The notes beneath the pieces are model-generated. The model did not search any database. It saw only the letters and a program-made list of their open reading frames with translations, and had not been told where the DNA came from. 64,000 nt of DNA, from contig NW_002060979.1 of assembly GCF_000150275.1 (NCBI RefSeq), positions 280,612-344,611 of the forward strand. The letters are read 5' to 3'. Made by a program: the position numbers and the translations under genes. Source of the stretch: Trichoplax adhaerens. Its lineage: Eukaryota; Animalia; Placozoa. Below, in pieces: positions 42,601 through 57,600 of the stretch; the first letter of the stretch is position 1; each line of letters opens with the position of its first letter.

Positions 42601-45600
42601 CCCTGATGTTATTGATTATAAAGAGTGCTTTGTCTATAGTGGCAATGTCTGCTCTGGATACTTACCTTCTCTTAATGTTACCGTGGCTGGAAATATTGCA
42701 GCGGACTTGGCAGAAAAAGATATCAAAAATAGTATTGATTTACTCAATACAGCAAGCAACTTTTCGCTTACTTGCCGTGAATATATTTCTGCTACCCTCT
42801 GCCATACTACTTTCAAGCAATGCGATGATCATTCTAACCTATGCAAATCGGATTGTTATAGAATGGTTAAATTATTTAAGACGTGTGCTTCTCAAATCCC
42901 CGGCGTTCAACAATCCATTCTTTACCCTTATATCAATTGTGCAAAGTTATCAGATGACGATTGCGTTAGTTATAACGTGCCCTATCCCCAACCAGGTAAT
43001 ACTGATATCATTTAAAAGTGATTCAACTAACGATGGTATCAATTTACGACATGCTATAAAATGTTATTACGAAAATTTGAAAAAATTTCGTGTAAGGGTC
43101 AATGTATGAGTATAATTTTTATATCAAATTTTTCTCCAAAATTCATTCACTAGATACAGTACCGCTCTTTTCTTTATTAGATTTCTGGAACATAATTGAC
43201 TACTTATTATCAATTTTGTGAAAATTGAAATTACGTTCTTCTCTTTTCTATAGTGGATAATAAGATACGATTAGTCAATGGCAATAATTTAACATTGTCG
43301 AGCGGAATTGTTGAAATCATCAAGAACGACACTTGGTATAGATTATGCTATCATCACGGTTGGAATATGGTATCTGCTCAAGTTGCTTGCAAGCAGTTGG
43401 GATATCGTGGTGCCTTATCGACTGGTTGCTGTGGATCATTTCCTACGCAACCCTATGGTGGTAATCCTCAGTTATCCGTTATGGCTAGTATTTATTGTAC
43501 AGGAGAGGAAAAATATATCGGAGCGTGTCAGTTTAAACGTGATCAATCAGCAACATGTGATGTGCGTAATAGCGCTGGAGTCATTTGTTCCAGTAAGTGA
43601 TATTTCAGCCTAAGCAAAAATTTTTCGGATTAAGTGAAAATTTTTAGGACTATCCTATTCATGTTAAGATCCTAAGAGATGATATATTAGAGGTGATTAT
43701 AATAATTCAAATAAGCTCTAGAAGCTAATCCTTTTTACTTTCATAGATTCAGTATGCGTCAGTAAACCTTGCAATTATGGGAGCTGTGTACCTAATAAAC
43801 AAGATAATAATGCCTATACTTGTAAATGTGATCCAGGCTACACCGGACAGAATTGTGATAAAGGTATTAACAATCACATATAGCATGTAAAATGAGACCT
43901 TGTAATTCTTTGACCGCAAAATACGTAATAAATTGAACGCCACTTTATCTTTATAGTACTAGATAATTGCAGAAATAATCCTTGCCCCGTAAACACTACA
44001 TGTGTTAGAGGAATCTTTGGCTACAAATGCGTTTGCAAAAGTGGCGAATCATGTACTGACAGTAAGTAAAAATTTTTAAGCTTGGATATTAATTAAGGAA
44101 ATAAGTTTGTTTTGTGTGCATGGAATTTGCAGTGATTAAAAAATACTTCTTTTCTTTCTTGGAATACTTTAGCTGCCAACTATAATATTACTGCACGTCT
44201 AGTTAATCATTGGGAAGGCAAGCCTTACACGGGGGTACTAGAATTTTATTATAATGGAACATGGGGACCTAGTTGTGAAGTAAACGCTGCCGCATACCAT
44301 ACAGCATGTCGAAGCATTGGCTATAAGCGTGCCTTTGCTACTTCATGTTGCAGTACTGGTCATTATGCCTCATCTATTAGAGCATTAGATTTCATATTAT
44401 GCAATGAAAACGCTCAGAATTTATACGAGTGTTCTTACGGAAACTACATCCATCGAATTTGTGCAAATCACGGAGGCTTCTGGAATACTATTACTTGCAC
44501 AAGTAAGCAAATAATTATAGCGATAATCAAATCACTTAAATTAATATTTATTTTTTAGAATAGTTATGTTTTAATATGCAATTATTTATTTCACTATAAC
44601 TTTTATAAAATAAGTTTTGCTTCTTTATTCAATCCTTTACAGATGATGCCTGCTTAGCTCAGCCGTGCGGTAATCATGGTCAATGTGTTCATAAAGAATT
44701 TAATAACGACTATTACTGCGTTTGTGATAAATATTTCACTGGAAATAATTGTGAACAAGGTAATACTATACATTCTCATAGGGGGTGGGGTAAAATATAA
44801 ATTTTCAAGTCGCTGCAATCACCTAATATCTTGTCTCTAGTTAATTCAATGATTCCGGAATTGACTGTTGCATACTTATTGATTAAATAGATTATATAAT
44901 AATAATTTTTCCAGTAGCCTAAAGTCTTGGTTAATAAATTAGTTTACACATTATTAACTGATAGCATATTTGTCTCCTGCGAATTTGATTAACAGTAAAT
45001 AGCAACTACTTCATGTTTAGCAATATCAAGTTAATTATTTGTGACGTTACAATACAGGCATTTTCTTATTAGTATAACTTGAGTTAGTTTCTAAAGTATT
45101 GCTCAATTTTAAAAATAGCTTTAGCGTGTGCCTCTAGTCCCTGCCAGAATGGTGGAAATTGTACAAACGATTTGACTAGCTACAATTGCTCATGTCCTTC
45201 AAATTATTTTGGCCAGAACTGTGATCAGTGTAAGATATTAATTTACACACTTCTTTATTTAGATTTATAGCCTTGAATTTTAATATGTGCTAAGTTTGGA
45301 TTTTACTTATTTCTTATGTTAAACGCCTTTAACAGTGCCTGCTTGTTCCTCAAATCCTTGCATAACTGGCTTTTGTGTTAATTTTAACAACAATACTTAT
45401 CAATGCCAGTGTAGTTCCAAATTTACTGGCCAACGTTGTGAATCTGGTAAATTTATCCCGTGTAGTATTTGCTTTTGTTTTGCTGTAAATATAAGTTAAA
45501 TAACAGATTCATATAATTAATCATGCTAAAAAATATAGAATTTAAATGGAAGTAACTTTTAACCTCTTAGGCCTTGCTTGCAATTCTAATCCTTGCTTAA

Positions 45601-48600
45601 ATGGTGCTTCCTGCGTGATCAATGATGTTGGTGATTATCAATGCGGATGCATGAACGGTTTCACCGGCAAGAATTGTGAAACACGTAAGTTACCTGAATC
45701 ATGCATTGACCGAAGTAACCCTTTTTGTCAATATACATCTACACGGTTTAAAGTGGATAGGTAGATAACTCTAACTCGGATTGTTTGATGCCACATTTAG
45801 ATCAGTATCTATTTAATGGCAATGTACGTTTGCAAGGTGGATCAACTTCGATGGATGGATATGCTGAAGTCTATTATAATGGTTCGTGGAGAGGAATTTG
45901 CGACGACAATTTCGGTTTAGTTGACGGGCAAGTCATATGCCGCCAGCTCGGATACGTTGGTGCTGCAAATATTAAATGCTGCTCTAACTTTGGCACCTAT
46001 AATGGCAAATACTGGTTAACAAATGTAGATTGCTATGGAGATGAAAGTGAAATTTCAGATTGTAGGCACGATCCTTGGGGAAATGTTAATTGTGCTGCTA
46101 ACGAGGCCATTACAGTAATATGCACCAGTAAGTATCTGATATAGAGATTTCGATCACTTTTGATTGATTCTCGGACTAAATCAGGAATCCAGAATAGAAA
46201 TATTAGTCTATGCAGCTTGTCTATTTAGTTTTTAAATAAATACTTTTCATAATCTAAGATTAAGTTTAAATTAAATTATATGGTTCTGCCTTATATGGCA
46301 ATCATTTTGATGTTTAATAAATTAATAATTATTATTGAAAGACATCACAGTTACTTGTATTATTTAATTTTTAAATCTTAATCACAGCATTTACGATATG
46401 AGCGAGTTAATACAATGATGAATTTGAATATTAGCGGGTCTGCGTATTCTTAGATCTTACTGTGATATTACCAGTCGATGGTACTTACTGCTAAATCATA
46501 ACGTAATGCGAATCTATTTCAAAGCAATTATTTGCAAACTTTGAACTAGATAATCCATGCCTTTCCAACAAGTGCAATCGGAATCCTTGTGAAATTACTA
46601 ATGCGACGGAGCCTGTACAATACAAATGCACATGTACATCTGCTCAAAGTGGCAAAAATTGTCAGCTACGTAAGTTATACATTAAAGAATCTACAGCAAT
46701 TACTGATAAGAAATCGCAATTATATGAATCTATATACAATACATCGATTATAAGATGTGGTTTAAAACTCGTTACGGTTTATGAACATTGGGAATAGACT
46801 TCATATTTTATCGGCAAAATTACAATTTTAGCACCGATTATTTTTTATTTCTATTTATATTTGTAGGTAATATATGCCAGTTTAATCCGTGCAACAGCCC
46901 TCAAAATTGTACTGATGAGAGTTATGGATATTCATGCAGTTGCCCTAATGGATATTACGGAACTTCTTGTACTTCAAGTAAGAAATTATACTATTACTTG
47001 CTGTTCACGATTGATCTTGCCCGAAGTTTTTAAACGCACTTCTGAATTACATCGATAGGAGCTAACGAAGGAGATGTTCGATTAGTTGATAAAACATCCA
47101 ATAGAACCGGGCGTATTCAAATTTATCATAATGGTCAATGGGGCTCATTTTGTGATCATCGTTTTGATGCAGCCGCAGGCAACGTCTTGTGTCGGCAATT
47201 AGGCATTGGAATATTCCATAGTTATAATACTACTGGAAAAACTACTCAAGGCGAAAAAATATGGGTCGATAACTTTAAGTGCAAGGGAAATGAAATAAAT
47301 ATCACACAATGTGATATACGCCATTGGGGAACAATCATTTGCTCTCCCCAAAAGGATGTCCGTTTAACTTGCCAAGGTTAGCTAAATGTAACTATTTACT
47401 GTCTTTTAAAATTATCTATACTTAGTTCTCTTGAAATTAAGCTGTTATTTAATATGTAACTTTTACGTTTAGAACCGCCACCAACAACACCAACACCTGG
47501 AGCGTAAGTTGATATTCTGCATGTCCATGGTTTAAATATATATCGTTGAGACTTTTAAAGCAAATACTATACCTTTCACTCCAATATTTACACTGGAATC
47601 AACTACTTTTCTAACCTTTAATAATTAACTTATAAAATGTTTGTTTTAGTCCGCTATATAGTTATAAAATATTTTGTCTAATTCAAATCTTAAATTAAAT
47701 GTAAAAAAACTCAAAATTAGATGCAATTTGCAGGATCCTTTGGGCATTCAATTGCTATATTGAGTCCAGTACGAGTTAATTAGCCACAGGGGCTTCAAAA
47801 ATACTTCTACCTCGAAATAAATGTTGATTAATTATATGCTTAACAACTCTATATTATGATTCTAATATTTCTGTTGGTTTAGCGGCGTACAGTAGTCGGA
47901 TATGTAAGTGCTATTTCTCACAGTTATTATTTTCCTATCAATAGAACCACACAGCCAGTAACTTGCGCTACTTTCCGTTCATCGACTGGTCACTGCGCTC
48001 AATACTTAAATGGCTCACAAGTGGATCTAACAAATTACCAAAACCTATCATCAACTGAAGCAATGTATGGTTCTATTTTCACGCTCTTACAATCAACTGG
48101 TGTAATGTCTGTCAAATGCGTACTGTCCATGCTGCCAGCACTGTGCAAGACCTCCTATGGCTCCTGTTATCAAAGCCAGGGAGTACAAACTTTATGTCGA
48201 GAAGATTGCGCCCTGTATGAGCAAGTGGCATTTGAATGTACTGCTGCTGTAATCTATCAAGGAGGACTTGGTGGTCAAAATTGCTTCTCACTACCTTCCA
48301 GAAATCCAAATAACAATCAATGCGTTAGGCTAGAGGGATATTTAAACAGTGATATATTAAGTGAGTAAGATACAGTACTATCGTGCTTAAGTTGTCTAAG
48401 GAGAATTTAAATTAATTTCAATTTCTTAAGATTGTCAATATTCTATTCAAAACCTACTTACTGATTTGAAATTTACTACTCATTACGTTACTGAAAAACA
48501 ATCTACCACATTAAAGCAATTAAATGCAATGCAAATTTAACATGATAATTTTTACTTTTAATTTATAATTTCTACTTGTATCCTTGTAACGAAGGCAAGC

Positions 48601-51600
48601 CACAAGCAAATTACACGTTAGTAGAGTCACATTTATTATTACAAGTGATATTTTTTTAATTATAATTTATTTCCATTGACGTTTAATATTTCTCGGTGTA
48701 TTTATTTACACAGTGCACAATGCGAAATGTATCGTGGATCAATGTGCAAAAATTATTTAGCTGGAGCAAAAGTTTATGTTCCAGTAGGATTAACTCAAGA
48801 AAAGATTGAAGCCTATCTACAAGTTACTCAAGCCCAAATCTTGACTTCATCCGCTAATGGCGGTACGGGCAGCTGCTTTAATCAAGTTTGGGAACATATT
48901 TGTTATTCAGCCTTCCCCGTATGCCAGGGCAATGTACTTTATGGAATTTGTCGAGAAGATTGCACAAAATTCCTTGCCTCAAATTGCGTGCGACCCTATA
49001 GTGCTAACGGAATTAACATCCGACCTGATTGTTCTATACTTCCGGGAATAAATGATGTTCAATTCAAATGTTATAGTGCAATTACTGGCTATGGTTTGTA
49101 ATATTCAGTTAAATTTACTTCAATATAATCTATTGCTCACTAAATACTTCCAATTTTGTTTCAATCTGATAAATATTTATTCCCGGATCCCACCTATTTA
49201 GATCATACTATTCCCACCAATCAGCCTACAACTATTCCAGTAACTATTGCTACTACAGGGATAGTGACGACTCCAATGGCCGCAACTACCTCATCTTCTG
49301 GCCAATCTACCAACGGTGCTACTGAAAATGGAACTAGTAGTTCTACTAATACTACTAATGGATCTGCGTCAGGTACAGCAGGTGCTGCAACGACTATGGC
49401 TGCAACTACTATGACCGCAACTACTGCAACTATGTTCCAACCTACTACTCAAAGGTATATCATTTTTGTAGAGATCATAGTATTCGATTGGCTTAGTTAA
49501 CTTTCGTGATTCTATTTGCAGTACTAGCGTAGGCCATCCATTCAATGAGCAATTATTTTGCTACTACGTTCCGGAAGGTATAGCACTCTTCTGATAGATA
49601 GTACGGTATTTTACTTGGATTAGTTTCTTGATCGTAACCCGTATTATCGAAATGTATTTCAAGAGTTCAATTTTAACATAACAGCGAATTATCTTTGACA
49701 ACGTGATCTTCTTTTGACTAAGAATATGCATATACTCGAATATCTAATTAACAGGAGAAAAACTACCATGCGATAGCTCTCCGTGCTCAAATAATGCTGA
49801 ATGTATCAACATGGTCACTGAAAATTTTAGTAGCTATTACTGCAAATGCAAAATTGGCTATTTTAACGGACAAAGATGCGTTGATGGTGCGATATAATAT
49901 TGAATTAATTTAAAATTTATTTTTGAACTTTAATCCATCGATTTCAATATGAAAATTTAGTTCATTGACTGAATTTAATAAAATTTACTTTTTATTAATC
50001 GAATTTATTTGCATTATTATTTTACTGATAGAAATCCCAGTGAAAGATATTTCCATTACTGCAAACTCTTCCATGCCTCTTAGCGGTTCTAATCTTGCAT
50101 TTATATGCGAGGCTTATGGTCGACCGGCGCCCGTCATTACTTGGTATAAAGATGGAACAATCTTTCAAGCTGATAATGGCAATAACGTCATTATTTTGAA
50201 TCAAGTTGTAAGCGATATTCGGGTTAGATCAGTATTAATACTGAGCCCAGTTAAAAATAGTAATGGTGGCAACTATTGGTGTACAGCAACAATTCCGCCA
50301 GAAATCATTCAGAGCAGCAATATTACGATCGGTAAGAGCCATGATAGTACAAAGTTATAAAACTATCTTAGCTATAGCTAGGTAGTTAGGTACCTATAGA
50401 ATATGCCAAGCAGAAAGAAATCGGTATCGCATTTATCCGCTCAACTTAAAATAATAGCTAATGACTTGTCTAAGCCAATTACTTTAAAGATCACATTTTG
50501 ATATTGATTACAGCAAATCAAATTCTAGAATTGTAGTGAAATGATACAACATATGCTAAATTAGAATTGATTATAGCCTTTATTAGAGCATATTTGTCAG
50601 CTCCATACAGTATTGAATTGGGTACTGCGAATCTACTAATTTTGTTGTCAATGATACGCTATTATGTATGTTTTGATTTAATATTTCTACGATTTCGGTA
50701 ATTAGATCCAAATTCATGTTATTCTGCTCCGTGTATGTTTGGGAAATGCTTCGATGAGTATGACGGATTCCAATGTGTCTGTGATCGAGGATATACCGGA
50801 GTTCAGTGTCAATCAGGTGTTAAAGAGATTTCATTAATATTAAATCTTAATTACAATTTATAAACCGAATTCATTTTAATAAATCTTTTTGGTCTCTTTA
50901 GATATCGATGAATGTTTAAACTCACCATGTGTTCAGGGCAACTGCAAAAACTTAGCTGGATCATTTAATTGTTCTTGTAATCCAGGCTGGAAGGGAAGAT
51001 TATGCAATGGTAATTGATAGCTCTAATTCCTTATAAATGTTTGAGGTAACTAATTACTATTTTATTTAAACTCGTTCAGCTTCGGTGCCTTGTTACTCTA
51101 ATCCATGCGCTTATGGTACTTGTAAGAATTTATTAAACGCATATTTATGCGAATGCACACCGGGCTACACTGGTATAAATTGCGCTGAAGGTATACTTAA
51201 TATTATACTTTTTTGACCTTTTTAGCGGCTAATTAATTACGAATGTCAACTATATTTACGATAAAATTATAATTTTATATGGTAATTAATGATACATATC
51301 TGATATACTGTTAGATAATAGCTATAACAACGATGATTTCATGATCATTAGATATCAATGAATGCCTACCAAATCTTTGCGTCCATGGAAGCTGTAACAA
51401 TCTAGTTAACATGTTTAACTGCTCTTGTACAAATGGATGGAAAGGAAGACTTTGCAATAGTTAGTAATTATAGAAATCAATGTTGGTATTTTGAGGCTGA
51501 AACCCTAAATATAGTTTATTAACTAATGCTTTATTGCTATCTACAATGGTTACAGAAATAAACTTTTAACCTTAAAATAACTATATCTTAAAAAAACATT

Positions 51601-54600
51601 TTTATTTCATCATGTGCAATTGAAATCAATCAATTTTTATCTTTCAGATTCCATTGGATGTACATCCAATCCTTGCTTAAATGGACAGTGTACAGATATG
51701 ACAGATGGCTATACATGTAACTGTACAGTTGGTTTCACTGGCATTCAGTGTGAAACCGGTAAATTCTTCTAGATTAGTTATTATAAATTAATCATAGTCA
51801 ATCAAAATTAGTTGCCATAAGACAATTATTCCGATCTATCCATTTCAGATATTAATGAATGTGTAAGTAGTCCGTGTAATCATGGAACTTGTAATAATTT
51901 GGTCAATAAATATAACTGTAGCTGTGAAGATCGATGGAGTGGAGATTCTTGTGATAGTAAGTCAGCAGTTTAATCTAGTTAGCGTGTCGGAACTGAGCAT
52001 TATCAATATCGTGCTTTAATAAAACTAAATTTGATGCTTGAATGTTTTAATCAGTTTCATCGGGATGTGACTCTAACCCATGTATCCGTGGATTTTGCTT
52101 GAACGATAATACCATTGGATATAGGTGTATTTGCCCTTCGGGATATACTGGCAAGCAATGTAATACAGGTATTCCTATGATTCCATGCAAATGGTACCAT
52201 AACTGTAGGGTGTAAAAATAGATTATTTATATTACATTTACGTGCATTTAGCTTTACAAAGATTTAGGATTTATATCTTTCACGCACTATAGCTCTCAAA
52301 ATTAATGAGTTGTTCATTCTTAAATTATCGTATTTATACGTGGCTTAAATTCTCTATAACTAAGAAGGCTTTATCCAAATAAGTTAATGTTAAGTAGTTC
52401 TATCTGTATACTTAGCGGCCAGCATTTAATGGACAATTTGATAACGACTAGTTCTTATAATTTAAAGATATTGATGAATGTCTATCTGGCCCATGTGTCA
52501 ATGGAGTATGTAACAATTTAGTTGGGCAGTATTCATGTACTTGCAATAGCGGATGGACAGGCAATTTATGTGGCACAGGTTAGATACTATGTTCCTATCA
52601 TTGCGTGCTGTTTAATAATAGACGTTAGGTGTTATAGCAATGAGCAACTGATGGCTGATTTTTCTACAGACATTGATGAATGCAAAGTTGGTGGTTTCTG
52701 TTCTCCTGATGCTGTATGTACCAATTTGATGGGCTCTTATTCTTGCACCTGTAAAGATGGCTTTATTGGAAATGGAACATATTGCAGAGGTTTATAAAAT
52801 TTAGTGATATATTACAAACAAAATTTTGCCCTCCTAAATGCTCTAGCCCGATTGATTAAAGCGATTTAATAATAGAAGGAAGAGATTCTCGTAGATAGTA
52901 GTAAAGTTGACCATAATAATAATGTTTAAAGTGACATTTAACGTGATAGCTATATCTTCAAATGACTTTCTACAGCTCCACATTTATATCCACATGGTAT
53001 TAATCTTGGAGATTCGTTCTTTGGCAATTCGGATGATGGAATTTATAAAATGACGCTGCAGACAGATATTTACTATATGCAGGCATTCCATAGGGACTTA
53101 TATGTACGCACTTGCTACATATTCTAATACCTAAAATTATTAAATATCAAAGATACTGTAATATCAGTAAATAGCTAGCGATATTCATTTGATTGCTATA
53201 GCTATAATAACTATTTTTTCTACTAAATACTGATACTAAAAGCAATTTGAATTTTCAGGTTTCAATTAACGGATATGTCAGTATTGGTACCAGATACCAA
53301 ACAGCCTATCCTCGACCTTTCCCCGCACCTACCAACATATCTATTATAGCACCTTTCTTCGCAGATGCCGATGCACGAGGATATACATCATCCGGGATAT
53401 TGATGCATGAATATGATACAAGTGATAATTCTACCACAGCTCAAGGTATATTAAGAAGGGCAAAACTGGATGTAGCCAACTTTCAGAATTACATGCAAAA
53501 TAATCCTAGTGACACTCAGTATGGCGTTTTCAATCAAAGTATAAATGGTTTCGTCCCTACACATGTTATCGTTATTACATGGCAAGATCTCTTACCTTCA
53601 CCTAATTCATACTATGTTAATCTGCGAACGGTAAGCTGATGGTAAACTAAATATACTAAAGTGTTTGTATAGAAAGCTATACATGATGGCTCTTAGTATA
53701 CAGAAATTTAGAATCGAATTGCGGTACACCAGATTGGACTGCTAGAAATTTGAAAGTATAGCATTCTATTGTCTATTGTTTTAATTTTCATTTCGTTAAC
53801 ATTTATACTGTTAAAAGATGTTCTGAATATTTAAAAAGACTACTTATACAGACTTATACCTAATTAAATAACAGATAAATTAAGAATTACCGTCCAAATA
53901 TATATAAATTGAGTCTATTTACTCTACAATATATGATTGTAATTTACTGGTAATGTACGATACCAAAGACTGATGATGATTGTTGATTAAATATAGTATT
54001 ATTCCTTATGAAACTACTACCTTGCTGAAATTATAGCAGTTAATGCAGTATGTACGTATGTAAGAAAATGAACACGAATCAATTGTTTTCATGCTTTTGT
54101 AGACAAATACATTCCAACTCGTCCTAATTTCTAACGGCAAAAACCTCTTTGGATTGTTCTTATACGATATTGGTGGTATGTTGTGGTATAAAGTCAGTAT
54201 ATCTAGGCCTAGAAGTGGCTATTCCTATGGTATAGCACCGTATTTTCATGAAACTTCCTATTCCGGTAGTACTACCATGCTAAGAATTGATCGTTATAAC
54301 GGAAATTATGGTCAACAATCCATATGGGCATATCGATTAGATAACCCTAAAACTCCTGGAATTAATTATGATAATTTGTGTAGAAAATGGTACAATAACG
54401 AGCCCCCAGCTTCTTATTACACTAATTTCCTAGCAAGGCGACCTTGTCCATGTATAGCTGGACAAGCTAGCTTAGACAGGCGATTTGTGTTTAATTTCAC
54501 TTCATTCTGCGCTACATCATTATTTTCGTTTCCACGTGGAAATCTTTACGGAGTGAGTTCAGTAAAATTGGCTCAAAATTTTAATTTTTATTCCACAAGT

Positions 54601-57600
54601 AACTCCGTCTCTAGTTACGTACTTAGTGTAGTTTTATTTTTAAGCTAACCTATTCTTTTTGATCTGATAGGTTAAGCAACGTTGTTGTTACTCAAGGGCA
54701 ATCTTAAGCTTTGGAGCCTTGCTTTTGGGCAATCCAGGTGGTGCTACATTTATCTTTAGAAATGCAACTCAACAAGCGGAATCTGATACTGCCTATCAAT
54801 ATTGCTGTGTTGCGAGTAATTTATGCAATTTATATTATAAGAAAAGGCCAAGTAACAATTGCCAAGGGTATCGACCTCCACGACGAGCCTGGTTTTGGGG
54901 TGATCCTCATGTCAGAACTGTTGATGGCTTAACCTACACCTTCAACGGGCTTGGTGAATATACGCTTTTGCAAACTATCGACAGCAATTACTTTAATTTG
55001 CAGGGTAGAACGATGAAAGCTATCCGCAATGTAACAGAAAAGGCTAGAGCTACGGTTTTTTCGGCATTTGCATTAAGCCAAAACGATTCTAATAAGGTTC
55101 AAGCAACGATGAATTTGGCCGAGAACGATATAGATATATTAGTTAATAGCCGAACATTAATCAAATTGAGAAATTTACCTGTCAATGAATTTCTGCCTTT
55201 TGAAAACGTACAGATATCGAGATCACTCAATGGTACTTTAATTGTTTCATTTTCTTCTGGAATTTCAGCGGAAATTGCTATGCTTAGTCAAATGCTGACA
55301 GTCGCGATGAATTTGCCGAACTGGATCCAAGGCAATACACGCGGTCTCCTCGGTACTTTAAATGGTAATCCCTCGGATGATTATTTGAGACCCAATGGAA
55401 CGTATTTGAGATCGAATGCTACAGAGAGTGAAATTTATTACGGGTTTGGACAGCTATGTAAGTGAATAACCTTATTATTTAAACATCCTTTGTGATATAT
55501 GCCAGTAATATTGGTTTGCAATCGAAGTAGGTGTTAAATTTATGATTTCTATTAATTGAATATCTCTTAATTGTATAGATCAAATTACACCACAGGAATC
55601 ACTGTTTACCTATCCTTCTGGCATAGGAACGGCAAATTATACAGATCCTTCTTTCGTACCTATATTTTCAGAAAATATACAACAGTTATTTGGTACCAAT
55701 CAACAACTTTACCAACAAGCTTTACAAAGTTGCGGTAATGATATATCTTGCCTATACGATGCTGCACTAACCTTAGATTTACAAGCTGCTGTCAGTGGAA
55801 AAGATGTTGCCACTCAGTACCAAGAAACAACTACACAATTAGGTATAATCTAGTGTCTGTCATTTAAGGATGATAATCATTTAATCCAAAAAGCTGACTA
55901 TAAACTCATTGATATATTTTTTTCAAATATCTAATACAGAAAATTTCCCTCCACAAATAACTGGGATCACAATTTACAATGTCACCTTTGGTACTATATT
56001 TACAACATCAATTGAAGTTACCGACCGAAATGAAAATGACACAGTGACAGTATCACTAGTAAATGCACCTTCTGGGGCATCATTTGACAACAAAACCAAT
56101 GTGCTGACTTGGAATGTACAAACCTATCAAAATATTGTCATGGAATTTGTTGCCCTTGATTCTAAAGGCGCTAGAAGTATTTTGAGACCACAGATTATTA
56201 TGTGCTATTGTGCAAATGGTGGAACTTGTGATTATAGGTATAACTTAAGTCAGTAGTAACTGTCATATCTAATGCTCATTTTTCATTTTTTACGCGACTG
56301 TAAAATTAACAAATCAATATTACACGCGTCATAATTATATAACAAAATGATTTAGATCTGGATTAATTGAGGAAGGTTCAGTAAATCGAGTCCAGTGTCA
56401 ATGCAATTCTGCCTATACTGGGATACGTTGTCTGAATGATTTCAATGCATGCTCTAACTTCCCTTGCTACGGACAAACAACTTGCACGGATAAACCAGCT
56501 CCATCATCGGGCTATACCTGCGGTCCTTGTCCATCTAGCCTAACAGGAGATGGCCAAAAATGCTATGGTTAGAATTAGTCGCACTATTCATGCTAATGTA
56601 CTCACTTTATTTACAATATCATTATTTCTCTTGCTGAATGCAGATATTAACATCTGTGGCAGTAATTCTTCGCTTTGCCATCAGCTTTGCTTGAATGGAG
56701 ATGGCGGCTATCGATGCGATTGTGAAATTGGTTATACGTTACAGAAAGATAATCGTACTTGCAAAGGTAGGTTATGCTTTCGAGCATTAATTATTTCGTC
56801 GGCTAGATGTTGTAACCCATGAAAATTTGATAGGACACTTCAATTTTGCTCATGCTTGATAATTTACTCCTATTCCTATCTATGCCCTTGCAGATATTAA
56901 CGAATGCTCTACAGTCAATACTTGTGGCGATGCAGCTCGATGCATTAACACAAATGGATCATACTATTGCCAATGTCGAATCAACTACAATTCTACTACA
57001 ATAACTTTACAAGATACAACTCGTCAAACAGATCAACATTGCAAAGGTTTAAGACTTCCAATAAAAACTCTATACTTTTCTCTAATTTTATTCTAAAGTT
57101 ACGAAGTTTGCAATACTAATGTTAATTATTGCTTGATCCCAACAGTGCAAGCATATAACGGAAGGATGACTATAGATAGGCCCTACAGCAATCAATTGGC
57201 TGATTCTAATGCTCTACAGTACCAAGTTTTGAGCCTAAGCGTTGTGCAGGCAGTAAGTAATTGAACGATTAAAGGACATGAAGTTAGAGTATTGCTATAT
57301 ACCAGTTTTTTCATCTGCTTGTTAATTTGCTTAATGATATGCATATAAAGATGTATCGTAACTAACTAGATGGTATACTTGCACTATTTCTCGTAGTTTT
57401 CCTAGCATTATTCTTCTACTTAAAAGGTTATAATATATAAATACCGAGTCTTTCGACAATTTCTTGAGACAGTCATTATAACATTTATCGAACTAGTGTA
57501 CCAATACTCTAATTAATATTGAATAGTTTGATAATGCAATAATCATTAAAGAAATTCTTTAAATAGTCTTGGCAAGCTGCATCAGATAAGTAATAAAAAA

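Noticed and set aside
42606-43109. Overlapping alternate-frame or antisense ORFs (42606, 42634, 43308, 43749, 48112, 48857, 50022, 54711)
   Set aside because: Shadows of real gene 4 exons.
47883-47903. 21-nt candidate poison exon (tttag|...CAG TAG...|gtaagt) that would truncate gene 4 after SRCR4
   Set aside because: The downstream intron would be only 41 nt, shorter than the other introns here, and the frame is preserved without it. It is worth a read check but unsupported.
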